Positions 1 through 9,521 of a stretch of DNA of 64,000 bases are shown here, piece after piece (the stretch's first letter is position 1; every line of letters begins with the position of its first letter). The position numbers were made by a program, and so were the translations under genes. The stretch covers positions 864,001 through 928,000 of the forward strand of contig CAWDVE010000017.1 in the NCBI GenBank assembly GCA_963805625.1, read 5' to 3'. Below the pieces are notes generated by a model, which saw only the letters and a list, made by a program, of their open reading frames with translations, ran no database searches and had not been told where the DNA came from. Source of the DNA: an uncultured Candidatus Rokubacteria bacterium (lineage in GTDB: Bacteria; Methylomirabilota; Methylomirabilia; Rokubacteriales; DASRDR01).

Positions 1-551
1 CCGCGGGCGTTGTCAGGGCATACGACTTCTCGTCCTCCCGAGTGGTTGCGGACGTCGGCGGCGGTCACGGAACACTGCTGGCGGCGATCCTCCGGGGAAA
101 CCCGGGGGTGAAGGGTATCCTGTTCGAGCGGCCCACGCTCGCGCCCGGGATCGAGCGACTCCTCGGAGATGCCGGCGTCGCTGCCCGGTGCGAGATCGTG
201 ACGGGGGACTTCTTCCAGTCGGTGCCGGCGGGCGCGGATGTGTACGTCCTGTCGCACATCATCCACAACTGGGATGACGCGCGGAGCGAGGTCATCTTGC
301 GAAACTGTCGGGCCGCCACGGCCCCGGCCGGCGGGCTCCTGCTGCTCGAACAGGTCATGCCGGAGCGCGTTGAAGCATCCGAGGCCGCGCAGCGTGGAGT
401 GATGGCGGATCTCCACATGATGGTCATCACCGGTGGGCGGGAGCGGACCGAGCTGGAATACTCGGCGCTCCTGTCGTCGGCTGGCTTCCGGCTGCGCCGT
501 GTCATCGGCACCTCGGTCGCTGAGAGCATCATCGAGGCGGTGCCCGGGTGA
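1..551 (+). CDS. SAM-dependent O-methyltransferase (Methyltransf_2), 5' end outside window
   Basis: VADVGGGHG SAM motif, GDFF, LSHIIHNWDD, GGRERT; frame open to the window start. Confidence 0.9.
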   Translation, partial: AGVVRAYDFSSSRVVADVGGGHGTLLAAILRGNPGVKGILFERPTLAPGIERLLGDAGVAARCEIVTGDFFQSVPAGADVYVLSHIIHNWDDARSEVILRNCRAATAPAGGLLLLEQVMPERVEASEAAQRGVMADLHMMVITGGRERTELEYSALLSSAGFRLRRVIGTSVAESIIEAVPG

Positions 552-663
552 GCGGCCGCGCGGAGGTGGTGGCGCCGAATCGGACCAGGGCGCTCCAACG
601 GCGTCGCGAAGCGCGCGCCGCGGGCAGCCCGGCGGAGAATCCGCTGCGACAAACCGGGCTCGT

Positions 664-980
664 CGTGCTACGGGTGGTGCGCGAATGGGAACTCGCTCTC
701 GACGACGCGGCCGTCCACCGAGAGGACGTGGAAGCGGACGCGGTAGACGCCCCGGCGGAGTGGCTTGAGTCCGATGGCCAGGCGCTTCGGCCTCTCGGGC
801 TCGCCCCGGGCATCCTCGAGGTCCACCCGCTGACCGGCCGCGTCCCACACCGAGACACTCGAGAACTTCGGCTCGATGGCCTCGTTGAACCAGAGCCGGA
901 CGCGGTCCGGGGCGGTCATGAGCGTGGCGCGGCGGACGGGGCTCGACCCTACCAGCGACGCGTAGGGCCAGGCGGGCGTC
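664..980 (-). pseudogene. Degenerate duplicate of the copC mature domain (direct repeat of 2200-2516)
   Basis: Collinear 317-bp copy; PHA>PYA and SVDGH>SVDGR remove both Cu(II) His ligands; no signal peptide or evident start. Confidence 0.8.
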
Positions 981-1151
981 CGCCTCCACCGGAGCTGGCG
1001 TGACCCCGATGCCCTGAACGCCACGCACGCTGCGCGATAGCCCGGGCTCGGGATAGACTCGGTGCCGGGGCTTAGCCGCCGTGTAGCACGAGAGCCCATC
1101 GGGACTGCGGCCAATCTGGAAGGTGTCCGCGGTCCCCCCAGGGGAGGGCGC

Positions 1152-2096
1152 ATGATCGGGGCTGTCAAGATCATCAGCGGAACCGCCCATCCGGAACTGG
1201 CGCAGGACATCTGCAAGCACCTTGGCACCGCTCCGTGTCGTACGACGGTCCTGCGCTTCTCGAACGAGAACATGCTCGTCCAGATCGACGAGAACGTTCG
1301 CGAGGCAGACGTGTTCGTGATACAGCCCTCGTGCCCACCTGTCTCGGACGGGATCATCGAGCTGCTGATGACGATCGACGCCCTCAAGCACGCGTCGGCA
1401 GGCCGCATCACCGCCGTGCTGCCGTACTTCCCCTATGTACGCTCCGACAAGAAGGACCGGCCCCGCGTCTCGATCACGGCGCGCCTAATGGCGGACTTGC
1501 TGCAAACGGCCGGCGCCGACCGCATTCTCACCATGAACCTGCACTCGTCGCAGATTCAGGGCTTCTTCCGCATCCCGGCGGACCAGCTCCAGGCCGCCCC
1601 AATCCTATGCGACTATCTCAGCCAGAGCCGCGACCTCGTGAACTACGTGCTCGTCGCCGGCGATGTGGGCGAATCGAAGGAGGTCGGCCACTACGCGAAC
1701 CGTCTGAACCTCCCGATCGCGATCGTGGACAAGCGGCGCTACGGAGACGATGAGAATCCGCGGGCCACGAATCTGATCGGCGACGTCCAGGGGAAGGTTG
1801 CCCTCATTATCGACGACGAGGTGGCGAGCGGCGGGACCCTCATGGAGGCGGCGCGCTTCGTGCTGGAGCAGGGCGCGGTCGCGGTGGAAGCCTGCGCCGT
1901 CCACGCCGTGCTGTCAGGAAAGGCCATCGAGCGCATCGAGGCCTCTCCACTTCGCCAGCTCCTGGTCACGGACACGATCCCGCTCCCACCGCGCAAGCGC
2001 ATTGACAAGATCCACGTCCAGTCCGTGGCGCGCCTGTTCGCAGAGGCCATCCAGGCCATCCACGACGGCTCGAGCGTCTCGCGGCTGTTTCGCTAG
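1152..2096 (+). CDS. prs: Ribose-phosphate pyrophosphokinase
   Basis: FSNEN, PYFPYVRSDKK, IVDKRR, IIDDEVASGGT; GGAGGG RBS before ATG 1152. Confidence 0.95.
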   Translation: MIGAVKIISGTAHPELAQDICKHLGTAPCRTTVLRFSNENMLVQIDENVREADVFVIQPSCPPVSDGIIELLMTIDALKHASAGRITAVLPYFPYVRSDKKDRPRVSITARLMADLLQTAGADRILTMNLHSSQIQGFFRIPADQLQAAPILCDYLSQSRDLVNYVLVAGDVGESKEVGHYANRLNLPIAIVDKRRYGDDENPRATNLIGDVQGKVALIIDDEVASGGTLMEAARFVLEQGAVAVEACAVHAVLSGKAIERIEASPLRQLLVTDTIPLPPRKRIDKIHVQSVARLFAEAIQAIHDGSSVSRLFR

Positions 2097-2203
2097 CACG
2101 TCCCGGAGCCGAAGGCTCGAGCGGAATGGACTACCGTCGTGTCTTCTGGTACCGAAGATCGAAGCGATCGGCGAGCGCAAGCTGTTCGACTGGCCTGGCC
2201 GTG

Positions 2204-3049
2204 CTACGGGCGGAGCGTGAACGGGAACTCGCTCTCGACGACGTGGCCGTCGACCGAAAGGACGCGAAAACGGACGCGGTAGGCGCCCCGGCCGAGCGGC
2301 TTGAGACCGACGGTCAGGCGCTTCGGGTCCTCGGGCTCGACCCGGGCGTCCTCGAGGTCCACCCGCTGGCCGGCGGCGTCCCACACCGAGACGCTCGAGA
2401 ACTTCGGCTCGATGGCCTCGTTGAACCAGAGCTGGACGCGGTCCGGGGCGGTCGTGAGCATGGCGCGGCGGGCGGGGCTCGACCGTACCAGGGAGGCGTG
2501 AGGCCAGGCGGGCGTCGCCAGGAGGACGAGCCCGAGCGCGGCGATCGCGAGCCGGCGGCGTCGGGCGAGGGCGACCGCGCCTAGGACGGCGAGGCCCGCG
2601 GCGCCGAGGGCGGCGCCGAGCCACCATCCGCGGCTCGCGGGCTCGACGTCGACCGGGAAGCTGAGGGCGCCGGAACCCGCAGGCCCGGCGACGGATACCG
2701 ACACGCGCCAGGGGCCCGCTGCGCCGAGCGTGAGGCTCGCGCGGTAGCGCACCCCGAGCGGGTCGGCGTCGCGTCGGGCGTCCGTCTCCACCGGCAGGCC
2801 GGCACCGGCGAGGGGTTCGGCGCGGACACGAACCACGGCGTCCGTGACGGGCATGCCCGTCTCGCGCATTACGGCGACATCGACGCGCCAGAGTCCCGCC
2901 GTGGGCGGCGCGGGCTGGGTCCAGACGGACAGGGCGTAGGGACCCGCAGGGGCGCGGTTCAGCTGCACCACCCCGCCGTGCCCGGCCGACGCCCACCGCG
3001 GACTGGCGGCGCCGGCCAGCCATGCGAGAGCGACCAGCGACCAGACCAT
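2204..3049 (-). CDS. YtkA/FixH-like domain + TM + CopC copper-binding fusion protein (start uncertain, could be 3109)
   Basis: C-terminal HASLVRSSP...LWFNEAIEP...VLSVDGH is CopC; N-terminal signal and Ig-like GPWRVSV domain. Confidence 0.8.
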   Translation of the reverse strand: MVWSLVALAWLAGAASPRWASAGHGGVVQLNRAPAGPYALSVWTQPAPPTAGLWRVDVAVMRETGMPVTDAVVRVRAEPLAGAGLPVETDARRDADPLGVRYRASLTLGAAGPWRVSVSVAGPAGSGALSFPVDVEPASRGWWLGAALGAAGLAVLGAVALARRRRLAIAALGLVLLATPAWPHASLVRSSPARRAMLTTAPDRVQLWFNEAIEPKFSSVSVWDAAGQRVDLEDARVEPEDPKRLTVGLKPLGRGAYRVRFRVLSVDGHVVESEFPFTLRP

Positions 3050-3269
3050 GGCCTGCCGCCGACTGGCCTGCCTGCGGTGTGCCTCCGAGCGCCACGGCTT
3101 TGCGGCCATGGGACTCAGGGTACTCCAGACTCGCCCCGGTCGCCGGGGGCATTCCTGCACGTTGCGTGACTTATTTATCATATATTACAATAGCGTACGA
3201 GGCATTGCCATCGGCGATAGAGGCAAGCGGTACACGGGATACTTCTCAGGCCCAAAGTCGTGTTTTCCC

Positions 3270-3297
3270 TTGACCGACTGGCCGGCTAGTGTATACT
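3270..3297 (+). promoter_or_regulatory. sigma70-type promoter of cspA
   Basis: TTGACC-N16-TATACT about 150 nt upstream of the csp ATG. Confidence 0.65.
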
Positions 3298-3341
3298 CCC
3301 GCCAGCTTCGTGGTTCAGTGGTCAGGCAGTCGAGTGAAGGC

Positions 3342-3380
3342 AACGCCGCGTGAACCCGGGTTCACGCGGCGTTTTCCTTT
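3342..3380 (+). terminator. Intrinsic terminator-like hairpin in the cspA 5' leader (attenuator)
   Basis: Perfect 32-bp palindrome AACGCCGCGTGAACCC/GGGTTCACGCGGCGTT followed by TTCCTTT. Confidence 0.75.
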
Positions 3381-3443
3381 GTCCCCCGATGTGGGGGAAG
3401 CACCGCCGCATCGGCGGGAACCAAGCAAGGAGGAGTACCGAGC

Positions 3444-3644
3444 ATGGCGCAGGGACTAGTGAAGTGGTTCAACGACGCGAAGGGCTATGGGTTCATCACC
3501 CAGGAGGACGGGCAAGACGTGTTCGTCCACTACTCGGCCATCCAGGCAAGCGGCTTCCGTAGCCTGGCCGAGGGTGACCGCGTCGAGTTCGAGGTCACCC
3601 GGGGTCCGAAAGGTCTCCAGGCCTCGAACGTCAAGAAGGTCTGA
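3444..3644 (+). CDS. cspA: Cold-shock protein
   Basis: [13 protein letters not shown] (RNP1), DVFVHYSAI (RNP2); AGGAGG RBS. Confidence 0.97.
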   Translation: MAQGLVKWFNDAKGYGFITQEDGQDVFVHYSAIQASGFRSLAEGDRVEFEVTRGPKGLQASNVKKV

Positions 3645-3662
3645 GCAAGGCTTCTTGAGTGG

Positions 3663-3698
3663 TCCGGCCCGGTTCCCCATCCGGGGGGCCGGGCCGGA
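3663..3698 (+). terminator. GC-rich hairpin between convergent cspA and cupin genes
   Basis: TCCGGCCCGGTTCCCC...GGGGGCCGGGCCGGA. Confidence 0.6.
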
Positions 3699-3749
3699 TT
3701 GCGTTTGTCCTGCCCGCCGAGCTCGCGGGAGCCACGGGCGCCTTCCCTG

Positions 3750-4112
3750 CTAGTACTCGATCCCGTCGACGAAGTACGTACCCACGTTCACGGCCGGATA
3801 GGCGATGCACAGGAGCGCCGGCGTCGTCCCAACGTTCCGCAGGGAATGGATCGTGTTGGCGGGGGCGAGGAACGTGGCCGGCGCGTCGACCTCGGCGACC
3901 TCGGTCCCGATCAGGACGCGGAGGCGCCCCTCCAGAAGGGTCATCGACTCCTCGACCCGGTGGGTGTGAGGCCGGCTCTGCCGACCCGGGTCGATCGTGA
4001 CCATTCCCTGCGTGATCGCGCCCGATCCCAGGTTCTGGTCCATGGAGATGATGCGGAACAGGCCGGGGGCGGGCGCCACGCGCTCGAGGTCCCCGTGGCG
4101 ATGCAGGATCAT
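3750..4112 (-). CDS. Cupin domain protein
   Basis: PHTHRVEE...PANTIHSLRN cupin motifs. Confidence 0.85.
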   Translation of the reverse strand: MILHRHGDLERVAPAPGLFRIISMDQNLGSGAITQGMVTIDPGRQSRPHTHRVEESMTLLEGRLRVLIGTEVAEVDAPATFLAPANTIHSLRNVGTTPALLCIAYPAVNVGTYFVDGIEY

Positions 4113-4123
4113 CGGAAGTCTCC

Positions 4124-5464
4124 TCAGGGACGGTTGGCGGTGACGCGATCGGTGCGGCGCGCCGGTGTCCCGAGCGTGGCGAACACCCGGTCCACGATGG
4201 CAAGCGTTTCCTCGACCTCGGCCGCCGTGTGGACGGCGGAGACGTAGAACCGGCCGTCGGGGAGGACGTGGAGCCCCTCCTCCAGGGCCCCGCGGAGGAA
4301 TCGGTCCAGGAGCTCGGCATCATCGTCGAGCGTGTCGCGGTAGTCTCGGAGCTCGGTCCGCCCGGTGAAATGGACCGTGAACGCCGCGCCGAACCCGGTG
4401 ACGAGGATCGAAAGGCCGTGCCGGTGGCCGAGCGCGCGGATCCCCTCCATCAGCGTCTGGCCCGCCCGGTTGGCCTGGACCAGGGCCGCACCGCCGTCGC
4501 GGGCGAGCTCCTCCAGCGTCGCGTCGGCGATCCCGAGCGACAGCGGGTTGCCGTTGAAGGTGCCGCCGAAGGCGACGCCGGCTCCGTGAAGCTGCTCCAT
4601 GATCTCCCGGCGCCCGGCCACGACCGACAGCGGTGCGCCGCCCGCCACCGCCTTGCCGAACGTGGAGAGATCGGGCGTGACGCCGAAATGGGCCTGCGCG
4701 CCACCGAGCGCGATCCGGAAGCCCGTGATCACCTCGTCCATGATGAAGAGCGTTCCGTGCCGGCGGCAGAGGTCGCGAACGCCTTCGAGATAGCCCGGCG
4801 CCGGCATTAGACAGCCGCTGTTGCAGAGGACGGGCTCCATCATCACCGCCGCGATCTGGTCCGGATGCGTCCGGAACAGGCCTTCCAGGATGGCGAGGTC
4901 GTTCCACGGCGCGACGAGCACGTTCTCGACGACGTTCGGGACCTGACCGAAGGAGCCCGGGATGATGTTCGGTGTCTCGCGGGGGCCGAGCCCCTCGCGC
5001 GGGTGGTAGCTCACCAGCGCCCCATCGATCCAGCCATGGTAGTGGCCTTCAAACTTCAGGATGAGGGTCCGTCGCGTGAAGGCGCGGGACAGGCGGTGCA
5101 CGAGCTGGACGACCTCGCTGCCGCTCGAGCTGAACGCGACCCGCTCCGCGGAGGGGACGGCGGCCTGGATCCGCTCGGCCACGGAGATCTCCAGCTCGTG
5201 CTGGGCGCCGTAGGTGAACGGGCGCTCCGCAGCGCGGTGTGCGGCGGCGACGAGCGCGGGGTGGGAATAGCCCAAAATCACGGGCCCCCAGGCCGCCGCG
5301 TAGTCGATGTACCAGTTGCCGTCGGCGTCCTGGAGGCGAGGGCCCACCCCGCGCGTGAAGTACAGGGGAACGGGGGCGGTCCCGCGAACGGGGCTCGAGA
5401 CACCCCCGGCCAGGGATCGGCGGGCGCGCTCGAGGAGGGCTCGGGAGCGGTCGAACGTGCGCAT
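4124..5464 (-). CDS. Class III aminotransferase, glutamate-1-semialdehyde aminomutase-like
   Basis: GGVSSPVR, FEGHYHG, DEVITGFR, TFGKAVAGG (PLP Lys), GTFNGNPL. Confidence 0.88.
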   Translation of the reverse strand: MRTFDRSRALLERARRSLAGGVSSPVRGTAPVPLYFTRGVGPRLQDADGNWYIDYAAAWGPVILGYSHPALVAAAHRAAERPFTYGAQHELEISVAERIQAAVPSAERVAFSSSGSEVVQLVHRLSRAFTRRTLILKFEGHYHGWIDGALVSYHPREGLGPRETPNIIPGSFGQVPNVVENVLVAPWNDLAILEGLFRTHPDQIAAVMMEPVLCNSGCLMPAPGYLEGVRDLCRRHGTLFIMDEVITGFRIALGGAQAHFGVTPDLSTFGKAVAGGAPLSVVAGRREIMEQLHGAGVAFGGTFNGNPLSLGIADATLEELARDGGAALVQANRAGQTLMEGIRALGHRHGLSILVTGFGAAFTVHFTGRTELRDYRDTLDDDAELLDRFLRGALEEGLHVLPDGRFYVSAVHTAAEVEETLAIVDRVFATLGTPARRTDRVTANRP

Positions 5465-5480
5465 GATGGCTCCTATGCTT

Positions 5481-5558
5481 GGGGTCAGACTTTGACTTCC
5501 CGACATTTTAGACCGTTCCCGCGAGCCGGGAAATGTAGCGAAGTCAAAGTCTGACCCC
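5481..5558. repeat. 78-bp REP/MITE-like element with 19-bp perfect terminal inverted repeats
   Basis: GGGGTCAGACTTTGACTTC (5481-5499) ... GAAGTCAAAGTCTGACCCC (5540-5558), inner ACATTT/AAATGT. Confidence 0.8.
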
Positions 5559-5560
5559 GC

Positions 5561-7792
5561 TCAGGGTCGCGGCCCCCAGCGGAACGCGGTGAGGAGGCTC
5601 GCGAAGCTGTCGGTCCAGGGGGCCAGATCCGGCGGCGCCGCCGGCGCCTTCCAGAGGGCGTCATCCCGGAGGGCGCCCAGGTCCTCCTCCCGGCGCGCCA
5701 TCGCCACCCACTGCGACTCCACCTTCCCGGCCAGGCGCTCGGCGTCGTCGACGTGGGCGTCGTCCCGGGTACGCGCGACGAGCCCGGCCGCCCGGGCGAT
5801 GGCGCCGAGCACCGGCTCCAGCACGAGGTGGCGGTTCGAGATGTTGAGGAAGATCATGCCGCCGGGCGCGAGCTTCGAGAGATAGAGCCGGACCGCGTCG
5901 AGCGTGATGAGATGCAGCGGCGGCGAATCCGAGCTGTAGGCGTCGAGGATGATGAGGTCGTACGCAGCGTCCGGCGCGCGAGCCAGCGTGAGGCGAGCGT
6001 CGCCCAGGATGACGAACATCTTCGGGGGGCAGTCGCGCAGGAAGGTGAAGAAGCGCGTGTTGCTGGCGATCCGGAACACGGTGGGATCGATCTCGTAGAA
6101 CGTCCATCGCTGGTCCGGCGTGCCGTAGCATGCGAGCGACCCCGCGCCCAGACCCACGACGGCCACCGTGCGCCAGGGAGACGGCGCCTCGGTCGGCCCG
6201 AAGAAGTGGCCGAGGGGCCCCTTCGCGTGGTAGTAGGTCAGCGGCTCTCGCCGTCGCGCCGGGGCGAGCGACTGCATGCCGTGGAGCGTCGTCCCGTGCA
6301 TCAGCATGTGGTAGTCGTTGTTAGGGCTGCGCGTGACGCGCGAGACGCCGAAGAAGCTCCGCTCCGCGAAGAGCAGGCGACCCTCTTCCCCGCGATAGAC
6401 CGAGCCGGCGAGGAGCAGCGCCGCGAGCCCGAGCGCGAACCGGAGCGGTCGCCGCCAGAAGGTGAGGCAGCCAAGCGTCACCAGACCCACGGTGGGGCCG
6501 ATGGCCTCGGGCCCCATCTCCGCACGCTCAAGACCCACGATCAGCGCCACGGTGACGACTCCCAGGCCGAGCGGGAGCGCGATGTCGAGCACCTGGCGGG
6601 TGCGACCGTGCCATGCGGCCGCTGACCGCGATGGCAGGAGCGGGAGCAGCGCCAGAACCAGCGGGTACTCCAGGACGTTCGTGAACATGAGCGGCGCAAC
6701 GAGCGCGGTGAATCCGCCGCCGACGACGCCGCCGACCGCCAGCCATAGGTAGAAGGCCGTCAGGTGACGCGGGTCGGGCCGGTCGCGGGCGAGCTCGCCG
6801 TGGCAGACCATCGCGGCGACGAAGAACGTCACGAGATGAGTGGGAATGACCAGTGCGAGGGGCTCGTTTGCCCGGGCGACAAGCACCAGCACCAGGGGGA
6901 GCAGGGCGATGGGGAGAAGCTCGACCCAGACGCGGTGCGGGATGAGCCGTCGTCGGCCGAACACGAAGGCGAACGTCAGCAGGTAGATCGCCAGCGGCAC
7001 GATCCAGAGCAGCGGGATCGCCGCGATGTCGGTGGAGAGGTACGTCGTCACGCTGAGCATCAGGCTGGACGGCACGGCCGCGAGGAGGACCCAGCGAGCG
7101 CGCCGGCCGGGGGTGATCGGCCGGTCTGCGTCGCCGAGCTCGGCGGCGGCGAGCGGGGCCATCGTCGCCGCGTTCCCGGGCTCCGCCCCACGGTTGGCCG
7201 CCCCCGCTCGCCAGAGCGCGAGCGCGCAGCCGGCGGCGAGCACGACAAGGGTCCCGTAGCCCCACGCCCAGAGGCGACTCTGGGAGTCCAGATGGACGAA
7301 GCGCTCGACGAGCACCGGGTACGCGAGGAGCGCCAGCATGCTGCCGACGTTGCTCGCGGCGTAGAGCACGTACGGGTCCCGCGCGGCCGGGTGGCCCGTT
7401 GCCGCGAACCAGGCCTGCAGGACCGGGCTGGTCGCGGATACCGCGAAGAAGGGTAGTCCGACGGCGGCAGCGAGGAGCGCGAGGAGCCAGGGGATGGGAC
7501 TTGTGTCGCCGGGAGGGATCCAGCCCGCCGGCAGCGCGATCGGCAGCGCAAGGAGCGGCACGAGCAGGATGAGGAGGTGGAGACCGGCCTGCCGGCGAGC
7601 TCCGAGCCAGCGCGTCGTGACGTGCGCGTAGGCGTAGCCGGCCAGCAAGACCGCCTGGTAGAACACCATCGCCGTGTTCCAGACAGCCGGCGCGCCTCCG
7701 AGGAGCGGCAGCGCCATCCGCGCGAACATGGGCTGGACCAGGAACAGGAGGCTGGCAGCAGCGAAGATCGTCGCCCCGAAGAGGATCAGCAC
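5561..7792 (-). CDS. Fused MFS-like membrane / spermidine synthase-like methyltransferase
   Basis: LLFLVQPMFA N-terminus, many TMs, VVGLGAGSL, YEIDP, LDAYSSD. Confidence 0.88.
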   Translation of the reverse strand: MLILFGATIFAAASLLFLVQPMFARMALPLLGGAPAVWNTAMVFYQAVLLAGYAYAHVTTRWLGARRQAGLHLLILLVPLLALPIALPAGWIPPGDTSPIPWLLALLAAAVGLPFFAVSATSPVLQAWFAATGHPAARDPYVLYAASNVGSMLALLAYPVLVERFVHLDSQSRLWAWGYGTLVVLAAGCALALWRAGAANRGAEPGNAATMAPLAAAELGDADRPITPGRRARWVLLAAVPSSLMLSVTTYLSTDIAAIPLLWIVPLAIYLLTFAFVFGRRRLIPHRVWVELLPIALLPLVLVLVARANEPLALVIPTHLVTFFVAAMVCHGELARDRPDPRHLTAFYLWLAVGGVVGGGFTALVAPLMFTNVLEYPLVLALLPLLPSRSAAAWHGRTRQVLDIALPLGLGVVTVALIVGLERAEMGPEAIGPTVGLVTLGCLTFWRRPLRFALGLAALLLAGSVYRGEEGRLLFAERSFFGVSRVTRSPNNDYHMLMHGTTLHGMQSLAPARRREPLTYYHAKGPLGHFFGPTEAPSPWRTVAVVGLGAGSLACYGTPDQRWTFYEIDPTVFRIASNTRFFTFLRDCPPKMFVILGDARLTLARAPDAAYDLIILDAYSSDSPPLHLITLDAVRLYLSKLAPGGMIFLNISNRHLVLEPVLGAIARAAGLVARTRDDAHVDDAERLAGKVESQWVAMARREEDLGALRDDALWKAPAAPPDLAPWTDSFASLLTAFRWGPRP

Positions 7793-7908
7793 GCCCGTTC
7801 CCGGCGTCCGATCTCAGGCATGTCTGCCCGCGAGGTCACGGGCGAACGGGTGCATACTGGGGACGGATCACGCGGGCCCGCGCGATCCTCGCGAGGAGGG
7901 GGCAAGAG

Positions 7909-8298
7909 ATGGGCTTCGTGATCCGGGCGCTCGTCAACGCCGTGGCCATCTGGCTTGCCACGGAGGTCGTTCCCGGCATCGAGGCGCGGGGCGCGGTCAC
8001 GGTGATCGTGGCGGCGATGGTGCTCGGCCTGATCAATGCCATCGTGCGCCCGGTCCTTCTCGTGCTGACCCTGCCGTTGACCCTGGTGACGCTTGGCCTC
8101 TTCCTGTTCGTCCTCAACGCCGTGTGTCTCTGGCTCACCTCGGCGATCGTGCCGGGGTTCGAGGTGCGGGGGTTCTGGCCGGCCTTCTGGGGCGCGCTGA
8201 TCGTGAGCGCGCTCAGCTGGGCGGTGAACGGCTTCGTGAGCGACCGCGGCCGCGTCGTCGTCATCACCCACCGCGAGCACGCGGCGCCGCGCCGGTAG
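7909..8298 (+). CDS. YvlD/DUF360 (phage holin 4 family) membrane protein
   Basis: GLINAIVRPVL..LTLPLTLVTLGLFLFVLNA. Confidence 0.9.
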   Translation: MGFVIRALVNAVAIWLATEVVPGIEARGAVTVIVAAMVLGLINAIVRPVLLVLTLPLTLVTLGLFLFVLNAVCLWLTSAIVPGFEVRGFWPAFWGALIVSALSWAVNGFVSDRGRVVVITHREHAAPRR

Positions 8299-8323
8299 CT
8301 CGCTCCGCTCGGCCCGGCGGGCC

Positions 8324-9364
8324 TCACCAGGGCCGGGTCTCGCCGTGGCGCAGGATCCAGATCCGCTCGGGGCCGAGGCTCAAGCGCCGTCCCTCCGCCT
8401 CCGTGCGGACCGGGGGCTCGCCGAGCGGCTCGCTCGCGAGGTTGAACGTCCCCCAATGGATGGCCACCAGGCGCCGCGCGCCGATGTCGTCGAAGACCTG
8501 GAGCGCTTCCTCGGGAGTGAGGTGCGAGAAGCGCATCATGGCCGGGGGCATATAGGCGCCGATGGGGATCGCGCCGAGATCGAAGGGGCCCAGGCGGCGG
8601 CCGATCTCCTGGAATATCGGCGCGTAGTAGCCAGTGTCCCCCGCGAAGTAGAATCGCCGGTCCTGTCCGAGCACCGCCCAGCTGGCCCAGAGCCGTCGGT
8701 TCTCGTCCCAGAGGGTGCGCGCGCTCCAGTGCTGGGTAGGCAGGCACACGACCGTGAGGCCCTTGATGGTCCGGGTCTCCCACCAGTCGAGCTCGTCCAC
8801 GTCGTCGATCCCGAGTTCCGCGAACCAGGCCTTGAGGCCGAGCGGCACGAGGAAGCGGGGCCGGTGGGCGGCCCAGAGGCGCTCGACCGTCGAGACGTCC
8901 AGGTGGTCGTAGTGCTCATGCGAGATGAGGACGAGGTCGATTGGCGGCAGGTCCTCGAAGCGGACGCCGGGCGGCACGACCCGGCGTGGCCCGGCGAACG
9001 ACACGGGGCTGGCTCGCTCCGACCACTGAGGATCGGTCAGGAAGCTCACCCCGTCCAGCTGGACCAGGAGTGTCGAGTGCCCCACCCACGTCACGGTTGG
9101 CGCACCGCCGCTCTCCCGGAGGGCCTGTCCGTCGTTCGGAGTGACCGGGAAGCTCTCACGGGCCGAGAAGGTGGACTTCAGGAGGCGGGGGATGACGAAC
9201 GTCCACCGCGTCCAGAAGTCGGGTCGCGCGTACGCGGGGTTGAGATTGCGGAATCCGCCCTCGAGGTGATGCGGTGGACCGCCGGGCTTCGGCGAGCCCG
9301 GGCTCTGGCACCCTGTCGTGAGGACCGCGACGAGGCCCAGGAGGGCAGGGAGAGCGAGCGTCAC
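8324..9364 (-). CDS. MBL-fold metallohydrolase (NAPE-PLD/RomA-like), probable lipoprotein
   Basis: TWVGHST, SHEHYDHLD, FAGDTGY, IHWGTF; lipobox-like LTTGC; start uncertain. Confidence 0.85.
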   Translation of the reverse strand: MTLALPALLGLVAVLTTGCQSPGSPKPGGPPHHLEGGFRNLNPAYARPDFWTRWTFVIPRLLKSTFSARESFPVTPNDGQALRESGGAPTVTWVGHSTLLVQLDGVSFLTDPQWSERASPVSFAGPRRVVPPGVRFEDLPPIDLVLISHEHYDHLDVSTVERLWAAHRPRFLVPLGLKAWFAELGIDDVDELDWWETRTIKGLTVVCLPTQHWSARTLWDENRRLWASWAVLGQDRRFYFAGDTGYYAPIFQEIGRRLGPFDLGAIPIGAYMPPAMMRFSHLTPEEALQVFDDIGARRLVAIHWGTFNLASEPLGEPPVRTEAEGRRLSLGPERIWILRHGETRPW

Positions 9365-9521
9365 GTCGCGAGTATACGCGAGTGATGCGACGGTCCGAGG
9401 CTTGACGCCGAAAGACCGGGGGAGTATCGGAGATCCTGGCGGAGGTCCGTCGATCGCGGCGCGGAGGGCCGGCATCCGCGACCCGGCGCCGCACCCACCT
9501 CGACGCAGGGGAGGCTGACCG

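Noticed and set aside
3168-3195. AT-rich patch as a CsoR/Fur operator
   Set aside because: No convincing palindrome; probably just the promoter of the copC fusion
7909-8298. Holin-family gene as a prophage sign
   Set aside because: YvlD/DUF360 is commonly chromosomal; no other phage genes here
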